In this document: piece after piece, positions 1-10,651 of the stretch
Position numbering within the stretch: position 1 is the stretch's first letter
Layout: every line of letters begins with the position of its first letter
Assembly: GCA_963695095.1 (NCBI GenBank)
Contig: CAVOFT010000001.1
Span: forward strand, 3,008,001-3,072,000
DNA: 64,000 nucleotides
Direction of reading: 5' to 3'
Source of the DNA: an uncultured bacterium
Lineage (GTDB): Bacteria; Krumholzibacteriota; Krumholzibacteriia; JACNKJ01
Notes under the pieces: model-generated
What the model saw: the letters and a program-made list of their open reading frames with translations, nothing else
What the model was told of the DNA's origin: nothing
Database searches by the model: none
Translations under genes and position numbers: made by a program

Positions 1-2297
1 ATCGCCACGATCGTCTGGGGCGCGGTCGCCCTGCTGCTGGGCGTCATCATCGCCACGCAGCTCTCGTTCTGGCAGGCGAACTTCGGCACGTCGCTGGCTG
101 ACCTTCGGCCGCCTGCGCCCGCTGCACACCAACGCGGCCATCTTCGCCTTCGTCGGCAACATGATGTTCGCCGGCATCTACTACTCCACCCAGCGGCTGC
201 TGCAAGACGCGCATGGCCTCGGACCTCCTGAGCTGGATCCACTTCTGGGGCTGGCAGCTCATCATCGTGGCGCGCCGCCATCACCCTGCCGCTCGGCCTC
301 ACCCAGGGCAAGGAGTACGCCGAGCTGATCTGGCCCATCGACATCGCCGTCGCGCGTGATCTGGGTGGTCTTCGCGGTCAACTTCTTCTGGACCCTGGCC
401 AGGCGCAACGAGAAGAACCTCTACGTCGCGCTCTGGTTCTACATCGCCACCATCGTCACCATCGCGGTGCTCTACATCGTCAACAACCTGCAGCTGCCCA
501 CCAGCTTCGCTGCACAGCTACCCGATCTTCGCCGGCGTGCAGGACGCGCTGGTGCAGTGGTGGTACGGCCACAACGCCGTGGCCTTCTTCCTGACCACGC
601 CGATCCTCGGCATCATGTACTACTTCCTGCCCAAGGCGGCGGACCGGCCGGTCTACTCCTACCGGCTCTCGATCGTGCACTTCTGGTCGCTGGTCTTCAT
701 CTACATCTGGGCCGGCCCGCACCACCTGCTCAACACCGCGCTGCCCGACTGGGCGCAGACGCTCGGCATGGTCTTCAGCCTCATGCTCTGGGCGCCCTCC
801 TGGGGCGGCATGCTCAACGGCCTGCTCACCCTGCGCGGCGCCTGGGACAAGCTGCGCACCGATCCGGTGATCAAGTTCTTCGTCGTCGGCCGTCACCTTC
901 TACGGCATGTCCACCTTCGAGGGCCCGCTGCTCTCGATCAAGAGCGTCAACGCGCTCGCGCCACTACACCGACTGGATCATCGGCCACGTGCACGGCGGC
1001 GCGCTCGGCTGGAACGGCTTCATGGCCGCCGGCATGTTCTACTGGCTGGTGCCGCGCCTCTGGAAGCACCAAGCTCTGGTCCACGCGCCTGGCCGACCTG
1101 CACTTCTGGATCGGCACCGTCGGCATCCTGCTCTACGTCGTCGTCGATGTGGATCGGCGGCATCAGCCAGGGCCTGTTCTGGCGCGCCCTGGACGCCGAC
1201 GGCTTCCTCAAGTACCCCGACTTCGTCGAGGGCCTGCTGGCCAGCCGCTGCATGTACCACATGCGGCTGATCGGCGGCTCGCTCTTCTTCCTCAGCTTCC
1301 TGCTGGGCATCGTCAACCTGGTCGATGACCATCCGCCGCGGCAGCAAGGCCACCGTACGAGGTCGACGGTGCCGGCCCTGGCGCCCAGCGGCCCCTCGGC
1401 CTGGAAGCTGCTCTTCGGCGCGCCCGGTGCTCTTCGCCGGCGCGGTGATCATCCTCGCCGTGCTGCTGGGCGTCGCGCGGCGTCATCACCAGCGCCGTGG
1501 CCCTGGCCGGCATCGCGGTGGTGACCATCGCCGCCATCCTCGTCCCTCGGCGCGCAAGCGCGGCTCGGGCGAGAGCTGGCACCGGCTGCATCGGAGGGCA
1601 ACTCCGCTCGCCTTCACCGTGCTGGTGCTGGTGGCCATCCTCGTCGGCGGCATCGTGGAGATCGTCCCGACCGTGGTGATCTCCGAGCAAGGTGCCCGAC
1701 CAGCCGCCGCGGCCGCTGGCCGAGAACCCGCGCATCGCAGCAGCCCTACAGCCCGCTGGAGCTGGAGGGCCGCGACCTCTACGTGCGCGAGGGCTGCTAC
1801 ATCTGCCACAGCCAGATGATCCGCCCCTTCCGCCACGAGACGCTGCGCTACGGCGACTACTCGCGCGCTGGAGGAGTTCATCTACGACCACCCCTTCCAG
1901 TGGGGCTCCAAGCGCACCGGCCCGGACCTGCACCGCGTGGGCGGCAAGTACGCCGAACCTCTGGCACTACCTGCACCTGATCGACCCGCGCTCCACCTCG
2001 CCCGGGCTCGAACATGCCGCAGCTACGCCTGGCTCAAGGACCGACCGCGTGGACTTCGCGGGCACGCGGAGCAAGCTGGCAGACGCTGCGGACGCTCGGC
2101 GTGCCCTACGCCGACGAGGAGATCGCCGGCGCCGCGGCCGACGGCCTCGAGCCAGGGCGCGCTGATCGCGGCCGATCTCGCAGACGCAGGGCGTGACGCT
2201 CGCGCCCGACAGCGAGCTGACGGCGCTGATCGCCTACCTGCAGCGGCTCGGCCGCGGCCCCCAGCCGACCGCCGGACCCGCGCGAGGAGGCGACTAG
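1..2297 (+). CDS. ccoNO: cbb3-type cytochrome c oxidase fused subunit I/II (CcoN-CcoO), 5'-partial, frameshifted
   Basis: CcoN motifs across frames: [38 protein letters not shown]. CcoO motifs follow with no separate start: [30 protein letters not shown]. Stop TAG 2295-2297. Confidence 0.93.
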
Positions 2298-2298
2298 C

Positions 2299-2509
2299 AT
2301 GTTCCAGGAGTTCTTCGCCGGCAGCCGATCTGCTCGTCTGGCCCCTCGTCGGCCTGCTGCTCTTCCTGGCCGCCTTCGCGGCCGTGCTGGTCTACGTCCT
2401 CGTGGGCCTGCGCAGCCGCGCGCGCACGGAGCGCCTGGCCGGCGCTGCCCCTGGACGAGGAACGCCTCGTCGGACCGCGCCCGGCGACGCCGAAGGGAAG
2501 GTGAGCTGA
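2299..2509 (+). CDS. ccoQ: cbb3 oxidase small subunit CcoQ-like, frameshifted
   Basis: Short single-TM ORF (MFQEFFA...[23 protein letters not shown]) lying between ccoO and ccoP. Confidence 0.75.
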
Positions 2510-2510
2510 G

Positions 2511-3089
2511 ATGACCGAGCGCAAGGACGACTACCAGCCCGACCAGGTCCTCGACCACGACTTCGACGGCATCCAGGAGTACGACAACCGCCTGCCCAAC
2601 TGGTGGCTGTGGATCCTCTACGGCACCATCGTCTTCGCCCTCGGCTACTGGCTCTTCTTCCACACCTTCGGCGTCGGCGACACTGCCGCGTGACGCAGCT
2701 ACGAGGCGGAGATGCCGCCGGCGGCCGAGGCCCAGCTCGCCCGATGGCCGGCGGCAGGCTCGACCGACGAGGCGCTGGCGCTGATGGCCACGCATCCCCG
2801 ACCGCGTGGCCGAGGGCGCGGAGCTCTTCGCGCAGTACTGCGTGGTCTGCCACCGGCGCGGGGCGAGGGCCTCGTCGGCCCCAACCTCACCGACGCCTAC
2901 TGGATCCACGGCGGCAAGCCCCTGGACATCCACAAGGTCGATCACCGACGGCGTGCTGGCCAAGGGCATGGCCGCCTGGGGCCAACCAGCTCGGGCCCAA
3001 GCGCGTGGAGTCGGTGACGGCCTACGTGCTGACGCTGCGCGGACACGAACGTGCCCGGCAAGGCCCCGGAGGGCGAGCTCGTCGAGTAG
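2511..3089 (+). CDS. ccoP: cbb3 oxidase subunit III CcoP, frameshifted
   Basis: [19 protein letters not shown]-terminus, CVVCH heme motif, [20 protein letters not shown]. Confidence 0.9.
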
Positions 3090-3120
3090 CCCGCCGGTGC
3101 GAACGAACGCGGAGTCGGCG

Positions 3121-4535
3121 ACTGAGCGAAGCCGCAAGGCGCGGACGCGCCGCGCAGCGCCGGCGGCCGGACCTGGACACCGTCTACACGATCAACGCGG
3201 ACGGGTCGCGCAACTTCCTCCACCCCGCCGACGTGCAGGGCCGCTGGCAGGTGCGCAAGAACCTGCTCTGGGCGCTGCTCGTCGCCGTCTACGTCCGTGC
3301 TGCCCTGGATCGAGCTCGACGGGCAAGCCCGCGGTCCACCTCGACCTGCCCGGCCGCAGCGCGCACCTCTTCGGCCTCACCTTCACCAACCAGGACTTCT
3401 ACCTGGTCTTCTTCCTGGTCACGGGCCTGGGCTTCGGCCTCTTCGTGGTCACCTCGCTCTGGGGTCGCATCTGGTGCGGCTACGCCTGCCCGCAGACCGT
3501 CTTCATGGAAGGGGTCTTCCGCCGCGTCGAGCGCTGGATCGAGGGCCCGCGCGACGCCGCGCATCCGGCGCAACCTCGGCCCCTGGACGGCCGACAAGCT
3601 CTGGCGCAAGGTCCTCAAGCACGCGCTCTTCCTCGCCCTGTCCTGGCTCATCGCCCACGTCTTCCTGTCCTACTTCATTCCCGTGCGCGAGCTGCTCGCG
3701 CGTGGTGCAGGGCAGCCCCGCCGCCCACAGGTCGGCCTTCGTCTGGTCGATGTTCTGGACCGGCGTCCTCTACTTCAACTACGCCTGGTTCCGCGAGCAG
3801 ACCTGCCTGATCATCTGCCCCTACGGCCGGCTGCAGTCGACCCTGATCGACGACGACACGGTCGATCATCGGCTACGACGCGCAGCGCGGCGAGCCGCGG
3901 CACAAGGGCGTGGACGAGGGCGGCGACTGCATCGACTGCTACCGCTGCGTGGAGGTCTGCCCGACCGGCATCGACATCCGCAACGGCCTGCAGATGGAGT
4001 GCATCGGCTGCGCCAACTGCATCGACGCCTGCGACGACGTGATGGCGCGCATCGGCAACGCCCGCGCGGCCTCGTGCGCTACGACTCCCAGCGCGGCTTC
4101 GCCGGCGAGCGGCGTCGCTTCCTGCCGGCCGCGGGTCTTCGTCTACGCCGCGCTGGGCCTCGTCGGCCTGGCGGCCTTCGGCTTCAAGGCGGCCGGCCGC
4201 GAGCCCTTCCAGGCCAACGCTCCTGCGCACGGCCGGCCTGCCCTTCGCCATCGAGGGCGAGAGCCATCCGCAACCTCTACACGCTGCACCTGCAGAACAA
4301 GACGGATGCCGCCCACCGCTATCGCATCGAGCCGGCGCCGGGAGCGCCGGCGGGGCTCAGCTTCATCATCCCCCAGCCGGAGCTGGCCCTCGGCCCGCTG
4401 GAGGACGGCGAGCTGCCGCTCTTCGCCACGCTGCCGCGGGCGGACTACACGGCGACCTTCGACTTCGACCTGCTCGTCACCGAGCTGGAATCGGGCAATC
4501 AGCGCCGGCTGGCGCTGCGCTTCAGGGGGCCCTGA
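3121..4535 (+). CDS. ccoG: Cytochrome c oxidase accessory protein CcoG/FixG, frameshifted, start approximate
   Basis: GRIWCGYACPQTVF, REQTCLIICPYGRLQS, GDCIDCYRCVEVCPTGIDIRNGLQMECIGCANCIDACD. Confidence 0.92.
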
Positions 4536-4536
4536 C

Positions 4537-4665
4537 ATGCGCGCATGGCTACGCGAGCGTCCCTGGATCTGGATCGTCCTCCTGCTCGCGGCCCTGCTGG
4601 CGGGCAGCTGCGCGACGCTGATCATCGCCGAGCGGAACAAGCCGGAGATCGTCAAGGAGCGCTAG
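4537..4665 (+). CDS. Small membrane protein at end of cco operon (FixH N-terminus-like)
   Basis: 42 aa, MRAWLRERPWIWIVLLLAALLAGSCATLIIAERNKPEIVKER; starts 1 bp after the ccoG stop. Confidence 0.6.
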   Translation: MRAWLRERPWIWIVLLLAALLAGSCATLIIAERNKPEIVKER

Positions 4666-4748
4666 CCTCGGTCCCCTGGAAGGCAGGCGCACCAGCGGCT
4701 CCTCCGCCCGCCGGCTTGCGGCGACTGCTTTTCTTCATGGCGATGTGC

Positions 4749-4777
4749 TTGACTACCACGCTGGCTCATAGTATAAT
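4749..4777 (+). promoter_or_regulatory. Near-consensus sigma70 promoter of HNH gene
   Basis: TTGACT (4749-4754), 17-bp spacer, TATAAT (4772-4777), in a GC-rich genome. Confidence 0.8.
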
Positions 4778-4823
4778 GTAGCCATCCCCGCCTCCCGCGA
4801 CCTCGTTCTGGCGAGGTCTCTCC

Positions 4824-5900
4824 ATGTCCGAGTTCGTGCCGAATCTCCCCGCCGCCGCGGTGGATGCTAGCCTGCGCGCGGCCGTCGCCGCCTTGCGCCG
4901 CGCCGAACAGAGCGCCGTGCTCTGGTTCGCCGAGCTGATGCGCCGGCGCCTCTATCGCGACCGCGGCTACTCCAGCATTCATGCCTACGCCGAGGCCGTG
5001 CTGGGCTTCGGGCAGGCGAAGACCTATCAGTTCATCCGGCTCGCCGAGTCGCTCGATGGCTTGCCGCAGCTGCGAGCCTCGGTCGAGGCCGGCGAGATGC
5101 CCTGGACCAAGGCCCGCAGCGTGGCGGCGGTCGCCACGCCGCGCTCCGAGGGCCAGTGGATCGCCCTCGCGAAGGCGAGCAGCGCTCGTCAGCTAGAAGC
5201 ACGGATCCGCGAGAGCCGCGGCGAAGCGCGGCGCGATCGCGGCCAGGGCGACTTGCTGGCGCCTGCCCCTGGGCCCATCCCCGCCCCCGCGCCGGTCCCC
5301 GCACCGGCGCCAAAGGTGCAGGTCAGCTTCACGCTCGAGCCCGAGCAGCACGCCCGCTGGCTGGCAATCGTCGAGCGCCTGCGCAAGCAGGGGCACGCCG
5401 AGGCGAAGGAGGAACTGCTGCTGGCTGCCTTCGCGGCACTGGCCGAGGCGGAGTGTACACGTGTACAAAGCGAGGCACCGTATCAGGTCGTGATCTACCG
5501 CTGCGAGGAGTGTGGCGCCGCTCGCCTGCCCGACGGGCGCCCCCTGGCGCCGGCGGTGGCCGCGCAGGCGGCCTGCGACTGCCGAACGCAGCGGGAAGGC
5601 GAGCCAAACCGGGCGTCGATCCCGCCGTCTCTTCGACGACAGGTGCTTGCGCGCGACGGGCACCGCTGTCAAGCGCCAGGCTGCCGGTCCACGCGCTTCC
5701 TGGAGGTGCACCACCGCGAGCCGCGCCGGCGTGGCGGCCGCAACAGCGCGGCGAACCTGATCACCCTCTGCGCGGCCTGCCACCGACTGCTGCACGAACG
5801 CGGCGTGGGACTTGCCGCCGCGCTGCCGGCCGCCGCGCTGCCGGCCCCCGCCCTGCCGGCCGCCGCCCTGCCGGTGGCGGGCTCGCCGAACACGGGCTGA
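4824..5900 (+). CDS. HNH endonuclease with DUF222-like N-terminal domain
   Basis: Intact 358-aa ORF. N-terminal RRLYRDRGYSSIHAYAEAVLG...GEMPWTKAR; C-terminal RRQVLARDGHRCQAPGC...LEVHH...GGRNSAANLITLCAACH. Confidence 0.9.
   Translation: MSEFVPNLPAAAVDASLRAAVAALRRAEQSAVLWFAELMRRRLYRDRGYSSIHAYAEAVLGFGQAKTYQFIRLAESLDGLPQLRASVEAGEMPWTKARSVAAVATPRSEGQWIALAKASSARQLEARIRESRGEARRDRGQGDLLAPAPGPIPAPAPVPAPAPKVQVSFTLEPEQHARWLAIVERLRKQGHAEAKEELLLAAFAALAEAECTRVQSEAPYQVVIYRCEECGAARLPDGRPLAPAVAAQAACDCRTQREGEPNRASIPPSLRRQVLARDGHRCQAPGCRSTRFLEVHHREPRRRGGRNSAANLITLCAACHRLLHERGVGLAAALPAAALPAPALPAAALPVAGSPNTG
5454..5467. repeat. 14-bp perfect palindrome TGTACACGTGTACA, copy 1 (inside HNH gene)
   Basis: Read directly; identical copies at 14086-14099 and 54417-54430. 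Confidence 0.97.
5814..5873 (+). repeat. 15-bp tandem repeat x4 encoding the A(A/P)ALP tail of the HNH protein
   Basis: GCCGCCGCGCTGCCG x2, GCCCCCGCCCTGCCG, GCCGCCGCCCTGCCG. Confidence 0.9.
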
Positions 5901-6163
5901 TTGGCGCTGACAGCGAGACCCCCGGCATCGCGACAGGGCATCTGGCCGGAGCCAGAGGGCCGCAGATGCCATGCCTCCTGACGGATCAAGGTTGGGCGGC
6001 TCCGCCTTCCCTGAAAGGGCATGCGCTGCCTCGCGCTTCCCTGGCCTGCCGGCGCGCTCGCCCCGCCGGCGGCGCAAACCCTGTAACAGCCTTGTTGCAA
6101 ATCAGTTAAGGCGCCGCCTCCCGCGGATCGGGGCTAAGGCCGCGCCGTCCCCCTGCCGATAAA

Positions 6164-8719
6164 GTGGAGGAACGCGAATCCCGCTTGAGGAGATCGGCCT
6201 CCATGCCCCCTCGCAGCCAGTCTGTCGCGAGCCCGCGCGACGTCTCCGCCCAGCCCCTGCCCAGCTTCCGCTGGCGGGACAGCCTGCTCGTGCGGATCCC
6301 GCTGGTCTTCGCCATGCTGCTGACCGGGCTGGCGCTCGCCAGCGCCCTCGTGATCGGCAGCGTGGGCCGGCGCCTGCTCGAGGAGCAGGCCCGCGTGCAG
6401 TCGAAGCTGGCGGGCAGCGCCCTGGTCGCCGACTACCAGACCCGCCTGGTCGCCGCGCGCGGGCGGGCCGTCTCGCTGGCCGAACTCGGCGAGCAGCTGC
6501 CCCAGGACGCCGAACTCCACCGGCGCCTGCTGCCGCGCCTGCTCGATCCCGAGGACAAGGAAGAGACGATCGCTGGCGGCGGCCTCTGGCCGGAGCCCCG
6601 CGCCTTCGATCCCGCGCGCGAGCGGCGCAGCTTCTGCTGGCGGCGCGACACGGACGGCAAGCTCCTCTACGTGGACGACTACAACGACCCGGCGGGTACC
6701 GGCTACCTGCGCGCGCCCTGGTACGAGCCCGCCGCCCTGCGCCACATCGCCGCGCCGACCTGGTCCTATGCCGCCAGCGCGCTGCCCGGGCTGCAGCCCA
6801 CGCTCTCCTGCTCCGTGCCGATGCGGCGGGACGGCAAGTTCTACGGCGTGGCCACGGTCGAGATCTGGCTGGCCGGCATGGACTGGCTGCTCGACGACGC
6901 CGCCGCCACGCTCGAGGGCTACGCCCTCGTCCTCGATCGCGAGGGGCGCTTCATCACCTGGCCGCGGGGCAGCGCCGTGCGCGAGCTCAGCGCCAGGCTG
7001 CAGGCCGGCGCCTCGCCACATGCCAGCCTCGAGTCCCTGGCCCTGAAGGACGCCGGCTTCGGGCCCTACGCCGACGCCATCGCCCAGCTCGCCGCCGAGC
7101 CCCCGCCCAGCCCCGGCCAGCGCAATCCCCGCTGCCTGCACCTCTCGGTGGCCAAGGATCCGCTGCTGGGCAGCGCCGCCGTGGCGGCCATCCTCCAGGT
7201 GCCGGAGACGGACTGGTGGATCGTCGCCGTCACGCCGCGCAGCGCTGCGATCGCCTCGGCGGAGTTCTTCGGCCGCATGCTGACCCTGTCCACCATCGGT
7301 CTCATCCTGCTCTGCCTCCTGATCGCCTATCTCCTCCTGCGCTGGATCCTGATCAGCCCGCTCAGCGGCCTCACGCGCCAGCTCCAGGCCTCCTTCGCCA
7401 GTCAGGAGGTGGGCTGCCTCGAGCTGGCCAGCTCCGACGGCGGCGAGCTGGGCACCCTGGTCTACTGGTTCAACCAGCGCAGCCGCCAGCTCGAGAAGCT
7501 GCTGCGCCGCCGCGACGAGGACCAGGTGGCCCTGCTCTCCGCCAAGCGCGCGGCCGAGACCGCCACCCAGGCCAAGAGCGAGTTCCTGGCGGCGATGAGC
7601 CACGAGGTGCGCACGCCGCTGAACAGCATCATCGGCCTGACCGGCCTGCTCGCCGAGTCGCCGCTCGATCGGGAGCAACAGGACTACATCGAGACCGTGC
7701 GCGCCTCGGCGACGACGATGCTCACGCTCATCAACGACATCCTCGACTTCTCCAAGATCGAGGCGGGGCGGCTGGAACTGGAGGCCATCCCCTTCCAGCC
7801 GGCCGCCCTCTGCGCGGAGGTCATCGAGCTGCTCGGCTTCCGCGCCCGCGAGAAGAAGATCTCCGTGCATCTGCGCAAGAGCACGGGCAGCGACACCTGC
7901 TTCCTGGGCGATCCCGGGCGCCTGCGGCAGATCATCCTCAACCTGGTCGGCAACGCGATCAAGTTCACCGAAGCCGGCGAGGTGGAGATCCGCTGCCAGT
8001 CCACGCCGCTCGCGGGCGGCCAGGGCGAGCTGCGCTTCACGGTGCGCGACACGGGGCCGGGCATTCCTGCCGCCGCCCAGGCCGGCCTCTTCCAGGCCTT
8101 CGCGCAGGCCGAGCGCTCCACGACCCGCCGCTTCGGCGGCACCGGCCTCGGCCTGGCGATCAGCCGCCAGCTCGTCGAGCTGATGGGCGGCGAGATCGGC
8201 CTGGAGAGCAACGAGGGCCAGGGCGCCACCTTCTGGGTCGCGCTGCGCCTGCCCCGCTCGTCGAACCTGCCCCCTGCCGCGGCCCCTCGCGAAGCGGAAC
8301 CGGTGGGCGATCTGCGCCTGGACGCCCGCGTGCTCCTGGTCGAGGACAACCCGGTCAACCAGAAGGTGGCCCTGCTCCAGCTCGAACGCCTGGGCTGTCG
8401 CGCCGACCTCGCCACGAACGGCCTGGAGGCCATCGAGGCCTACAAGCGGGGCGAGTACGACGTCATCCTGATGGACTGCCAGATGCCCGTGATGGACGGC
8501 TTCGAGGCCACGCGCATGCTGCGCACCCTGGAGATGCCGGGCCGGCGGACGCCGATCATCGCGCTGACCGCCCACGCGATGAAGGGCGACCGCGACCGCT
8601 GCCTCGCCGCCGGCATGGACGACTACCTGGCCAAGCCCGTCGAGCGGGGCGCCCTGGCGCGCACGCTGAAGCGCTGGGCCCAGGAGCGCCGCGAGCAGGA
8701 ACTCCTGCGGCGCCACTAG
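6164..8719 (+). CDS. Hybrid sensor histidine kinase (Cache-like periplasmic sensor, HAMP, HisKA, HATPase, REC)
   Basis: Two TMs, [44 protein letters not shown]...[11 protein letters not shown]...YLAKP. True start may be slightly downstream. Confidence 0.93.
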   Translation: MEERESRLRRSASMPPRSQSVASPRDVSAQPLPSFRWRDSLLVRIPLVFAMLLTGLALASALVIGSVGRRLLEEQARVQSKLAGSALVADYQTRLVAARGRAVSLAELGEQLPQDAELHRRLLPRLLDPEDKEETIAGGGLWPEPRAFDPARERRSFCWRRDTDGKLLYVDDYNDPAGTGYLRAPWYEPAALRHIAAPTWSYAASALPGLQPTLSCSVPMRRDGKFYGVATVEIWLAGMDWLLDDAAATLEGYALVLDREGRFITWPRGSAVRELSARLQAGASPHASLESLALKDAGFGPYADAIAQLAAEPPPSPGQRNPRCLHLSVAKDPLLGSAAVAAILQVPETDWWIVAVTPRSAAIASAEFFGRMLTLSTIGLILLCLLIAYLLLRWILISPLSGLTRQLQASFASQEVGCLELASSDGGELGTLVYWFNQRSRQLEKLLRRRDEDQVALLSAKRAAETATQAKSEFLAAMSHEVRTPLNSIIGLTGLLAESPLDREQQDYIETVRASATTMLTLINDILDFSKIEAGRLELEAIPFQPAALCAEVIELLGFRAREKKISVHLRKSTGSDTCFLGDPGRLRQIILNLVGNAIKFTEAGEVEIRCQSTPLAGGQGELRFTVRDTGPGIPAAAQAGLFQAFAQAERSTTRRFGGTGLGLAISRQLVELMGGEIGLESNEGQGATFWVALRLPRSSNLPPAAAPREAEPVGDLRLDARVLLVEDNPVNQKVALLQLERLGCRADLATNGLEAIEAYKRGEYDVILMDCQMPVMDGFEATRMLRTLEMPGRRTPIIALTAHAMKGDRDRCLAAGMDDYLAKPVERGALARTLKRWAQERREQELLRRH

Positions 8720-8775
8720 CGGTCTCATTGCCGCCACGAGCGGTCCCATTGCCGCCGCGCCCGCGGCGCGCTAGC

Positions 8776-9849
8776 ATGCCCGGCATGATCCCCGACCGCC
8801 ACCGCCTCGCGCCCGATGCCGCGCTCGCCCTGCTGGCCCGCGCCGAGACCGTCCACCTGGCCGCCGTCGATGCGGGGGGCGCGCCGCTGCTGCGCGCCCT
8901 GCACGTCGTCCTCGTCGAGGGCGAGCTCGTCTGGCACGGCTCGCTGGCCGGCGAGAAGGGCTTCCTGCCGGGCCATCCGGTGCAGGTGGCCGCGCACGAG
9001 CGCGTGGCCGAGATCCCCAGCCACTTCATCGATCCCGAGCGCGCCTGCCCGGCCACGACCTACTACGAGAGCGTGCTGGCCACGGGCGTGCCGGTGGAGG
9101 TCGCCGATCCAGACGAGAAGGCCAGGCTGCTGCAGGCGCTGATGGCGAAGTACCAGCCCGAGGGCGGACATCGGCCGCTCGGCGGCGCCCAGAACGCGGA
9201 CTTCTACCGCGCCGCCGTGGCCGGCACGCGCGTGCTGCGCATGCCGCTGGCCACGCTGAGCGGCAAGAGCAAGCTCGGCCAGAACCGCAGCCCGGAGCAG
9301 CGGCGGCGCATCCTCGAGCGGCTCTGGGAACGGGGCCGCGCGGAGGACCTGGCGGCCATCGACCGCATCCTCGCCGCCAATGCGGACACGCCCTTGCCCG
9401 CCGTTCTCGCGGCTCCCGCCGGCGCGCGGCTGCGCTGTGCGCCGGGCGCCCGGCACGCGCAGGCCGCCGCCGCCCTGCTCGCGGGCCGCTACTGGACCGA
9501 GGGCGAGTCGCCCGCGGCCCTGGCCGCGGCGCATGCGTCATCCCCCGGCTGGCTCGGGGCCGAGGACGCCGCCAGCGGCGAGCTGATCGGCACCGGCCGC
9601 GTGCTGGGCGACGGCCTGCGCCTGGCCTGGATCCTGGACCTCGTCGTGCGCGAGGACTGGCGGGGGCGGGGCCTGGGTAGCGCCCTGCTACGCCTGCTCC
9701 TGGGCCATCCCCTGGCCCGCGGCGCCCGCGCCATCCGCCTGCGCACCCGCGACGCGGAGGCCTTCTACCGCCCCTTCGGTTTCCTTCCCCTGGCCACCGA
9801 CGCCTTCCCCACCCTCCAGCGGCTGCGTCCGCTGGGGAGCGTGGAATAG
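8776..9849 (+). CDS. Pyridoxamine 5'-phosphate oxidase/NimA-like flavin-binding protein fused to a GNAT acetyltransferase
   Basis: HGSLAGEK, ACPATTYYESV, SGKSKLGQNR, followed by AWILDLVVREDWRGRGLG...FYRPFGF. Confidence 0.8.
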   Translation: MPGMIPDRHRLAPDAALALLARAETVHLAAVDAGGAPLLRALHVVLVEGELVWHGSLAGEKGFLPGHPVQVAAHERVAEIPSHFIDPERACPATTYYESVLATGVPVEVADPDEKARLLQALMAKYQPEGGHRPLGGAQNADFYRAAVAGTRVLRMPLATLSGKSKLGQNRSPEQRRRILERLWERGRAEDLAAIDRILAANADTPLPAVLAAPAGARLRCAPGARHAQAAAALLAGRYWTEGESPAALAAAHASSPGWLGAEDAASGELIGTGRVLGDGLRLAWILDLVVREDWRGRGLGSALLRLLLGHPLARGARAIRLRTRDAEAFYRPFGFLPLATDAFPTLQRLRPLGSVE

Positions 9850-9979
9850 GGATAAACAGGACTTTTTACACTTTACCACCTTTTGTACTGCTCCTTACGG
9901 TCGCTTGGGCTAGACTTGTAGACACTCGGGCTTCGCAAGCAAGGTCCTCCCCGTCCCCGCCACTGTTAAGGAGCCAATC

Positions 9980-10651
9980 ATGCGTATCCCTGCCCCCCCC
10001 GCCGGCCTGGTCCTGCTGACCATTGCCGGACTTGCGTTCGCCCCGCCCGCGCGGGCGGCCGGCGACGAACCCGATCGCGGTCGGCCCGCCGAGGCGCCCG
10101 CGCAGAGCGCCGAGGCGATCCAGGCCCCCGCCGCCCCGCTGCTTCCCGCGGACGGATTGCCCTATGGCCCGCTGGAGCTGCTCACCCTGAACCCCGTCGA
10201 CCCGCTCGACCGCGGTTCGGACCTCACCGACGCCGGCCTGGACGCAGCGCCCGCCATGCCCTCCGCCCTCGAGGAGGCGAAGCTGGCCATGGCCCGCGCG
10301 GCCGTCGAGGCCTCGCGCGCGGCCGGCACCCTCTACGTGATCGGCCCGCAGCCGGCGGCGCTCGCGCCCCCGGAGATGCAGCGCGCGGCCAAGCTGGACC
10401 GCCTGCGCAGCCAGCCTCCGGTGCCCATGCCCGACCTGGCCGGCCCCGCCGGCGTCGGCGGCGGTCTGGAGCCCTTGCAGCTCATCGGCCCCAGCGCGCC
10501 CAGCGCCGAGGAACTGGCCAAGCTCGAGACGAGCTACCCGGCCACGTCCAACCCGGCGCCGCCGGCGGACCCGGCGGCTCGCGCTGAAACCGCAGCGCCG
10601 GCCCCCGCCGCCGATCCCCAGCAGGCCCAGGACGCGGAGGTGCAGCGATGA
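9980..10651 (+). CDS. Secreted Pro/Ala-rich hypothetical protein
   Basis: RBS AAGGAG, signal peptide ending ARA, ATGA overlap with the next gene. Confidence 0.75.
   Translation: MRIPAPPAGLVLLTIAGLAFAPPARAAGDEPDRGRPAEAPAQSAEAIQAPAAPLLPADGLPYGPLELLTLNPVDPLDRGSDLTDAGLDAAPAMPSALEEAKLAMARAAVEASRAAGTLYVIGPQPAALAPPEMQRAAKLDRLRSQPPVPMPDLAGPAGVGGGLEPLQLIGPSAPSAEELAKLETSYPATSNPAPPADPAARAETAAPAPAADPQQAQDAEVQR

Noticed and set aside
5453..5468. Palindrome as a canonical parS site
   Set aside because: It shares the CACGTG core, but the arms (TGTA/TACA) differ from parS TGTTTCACGTGAAACA.
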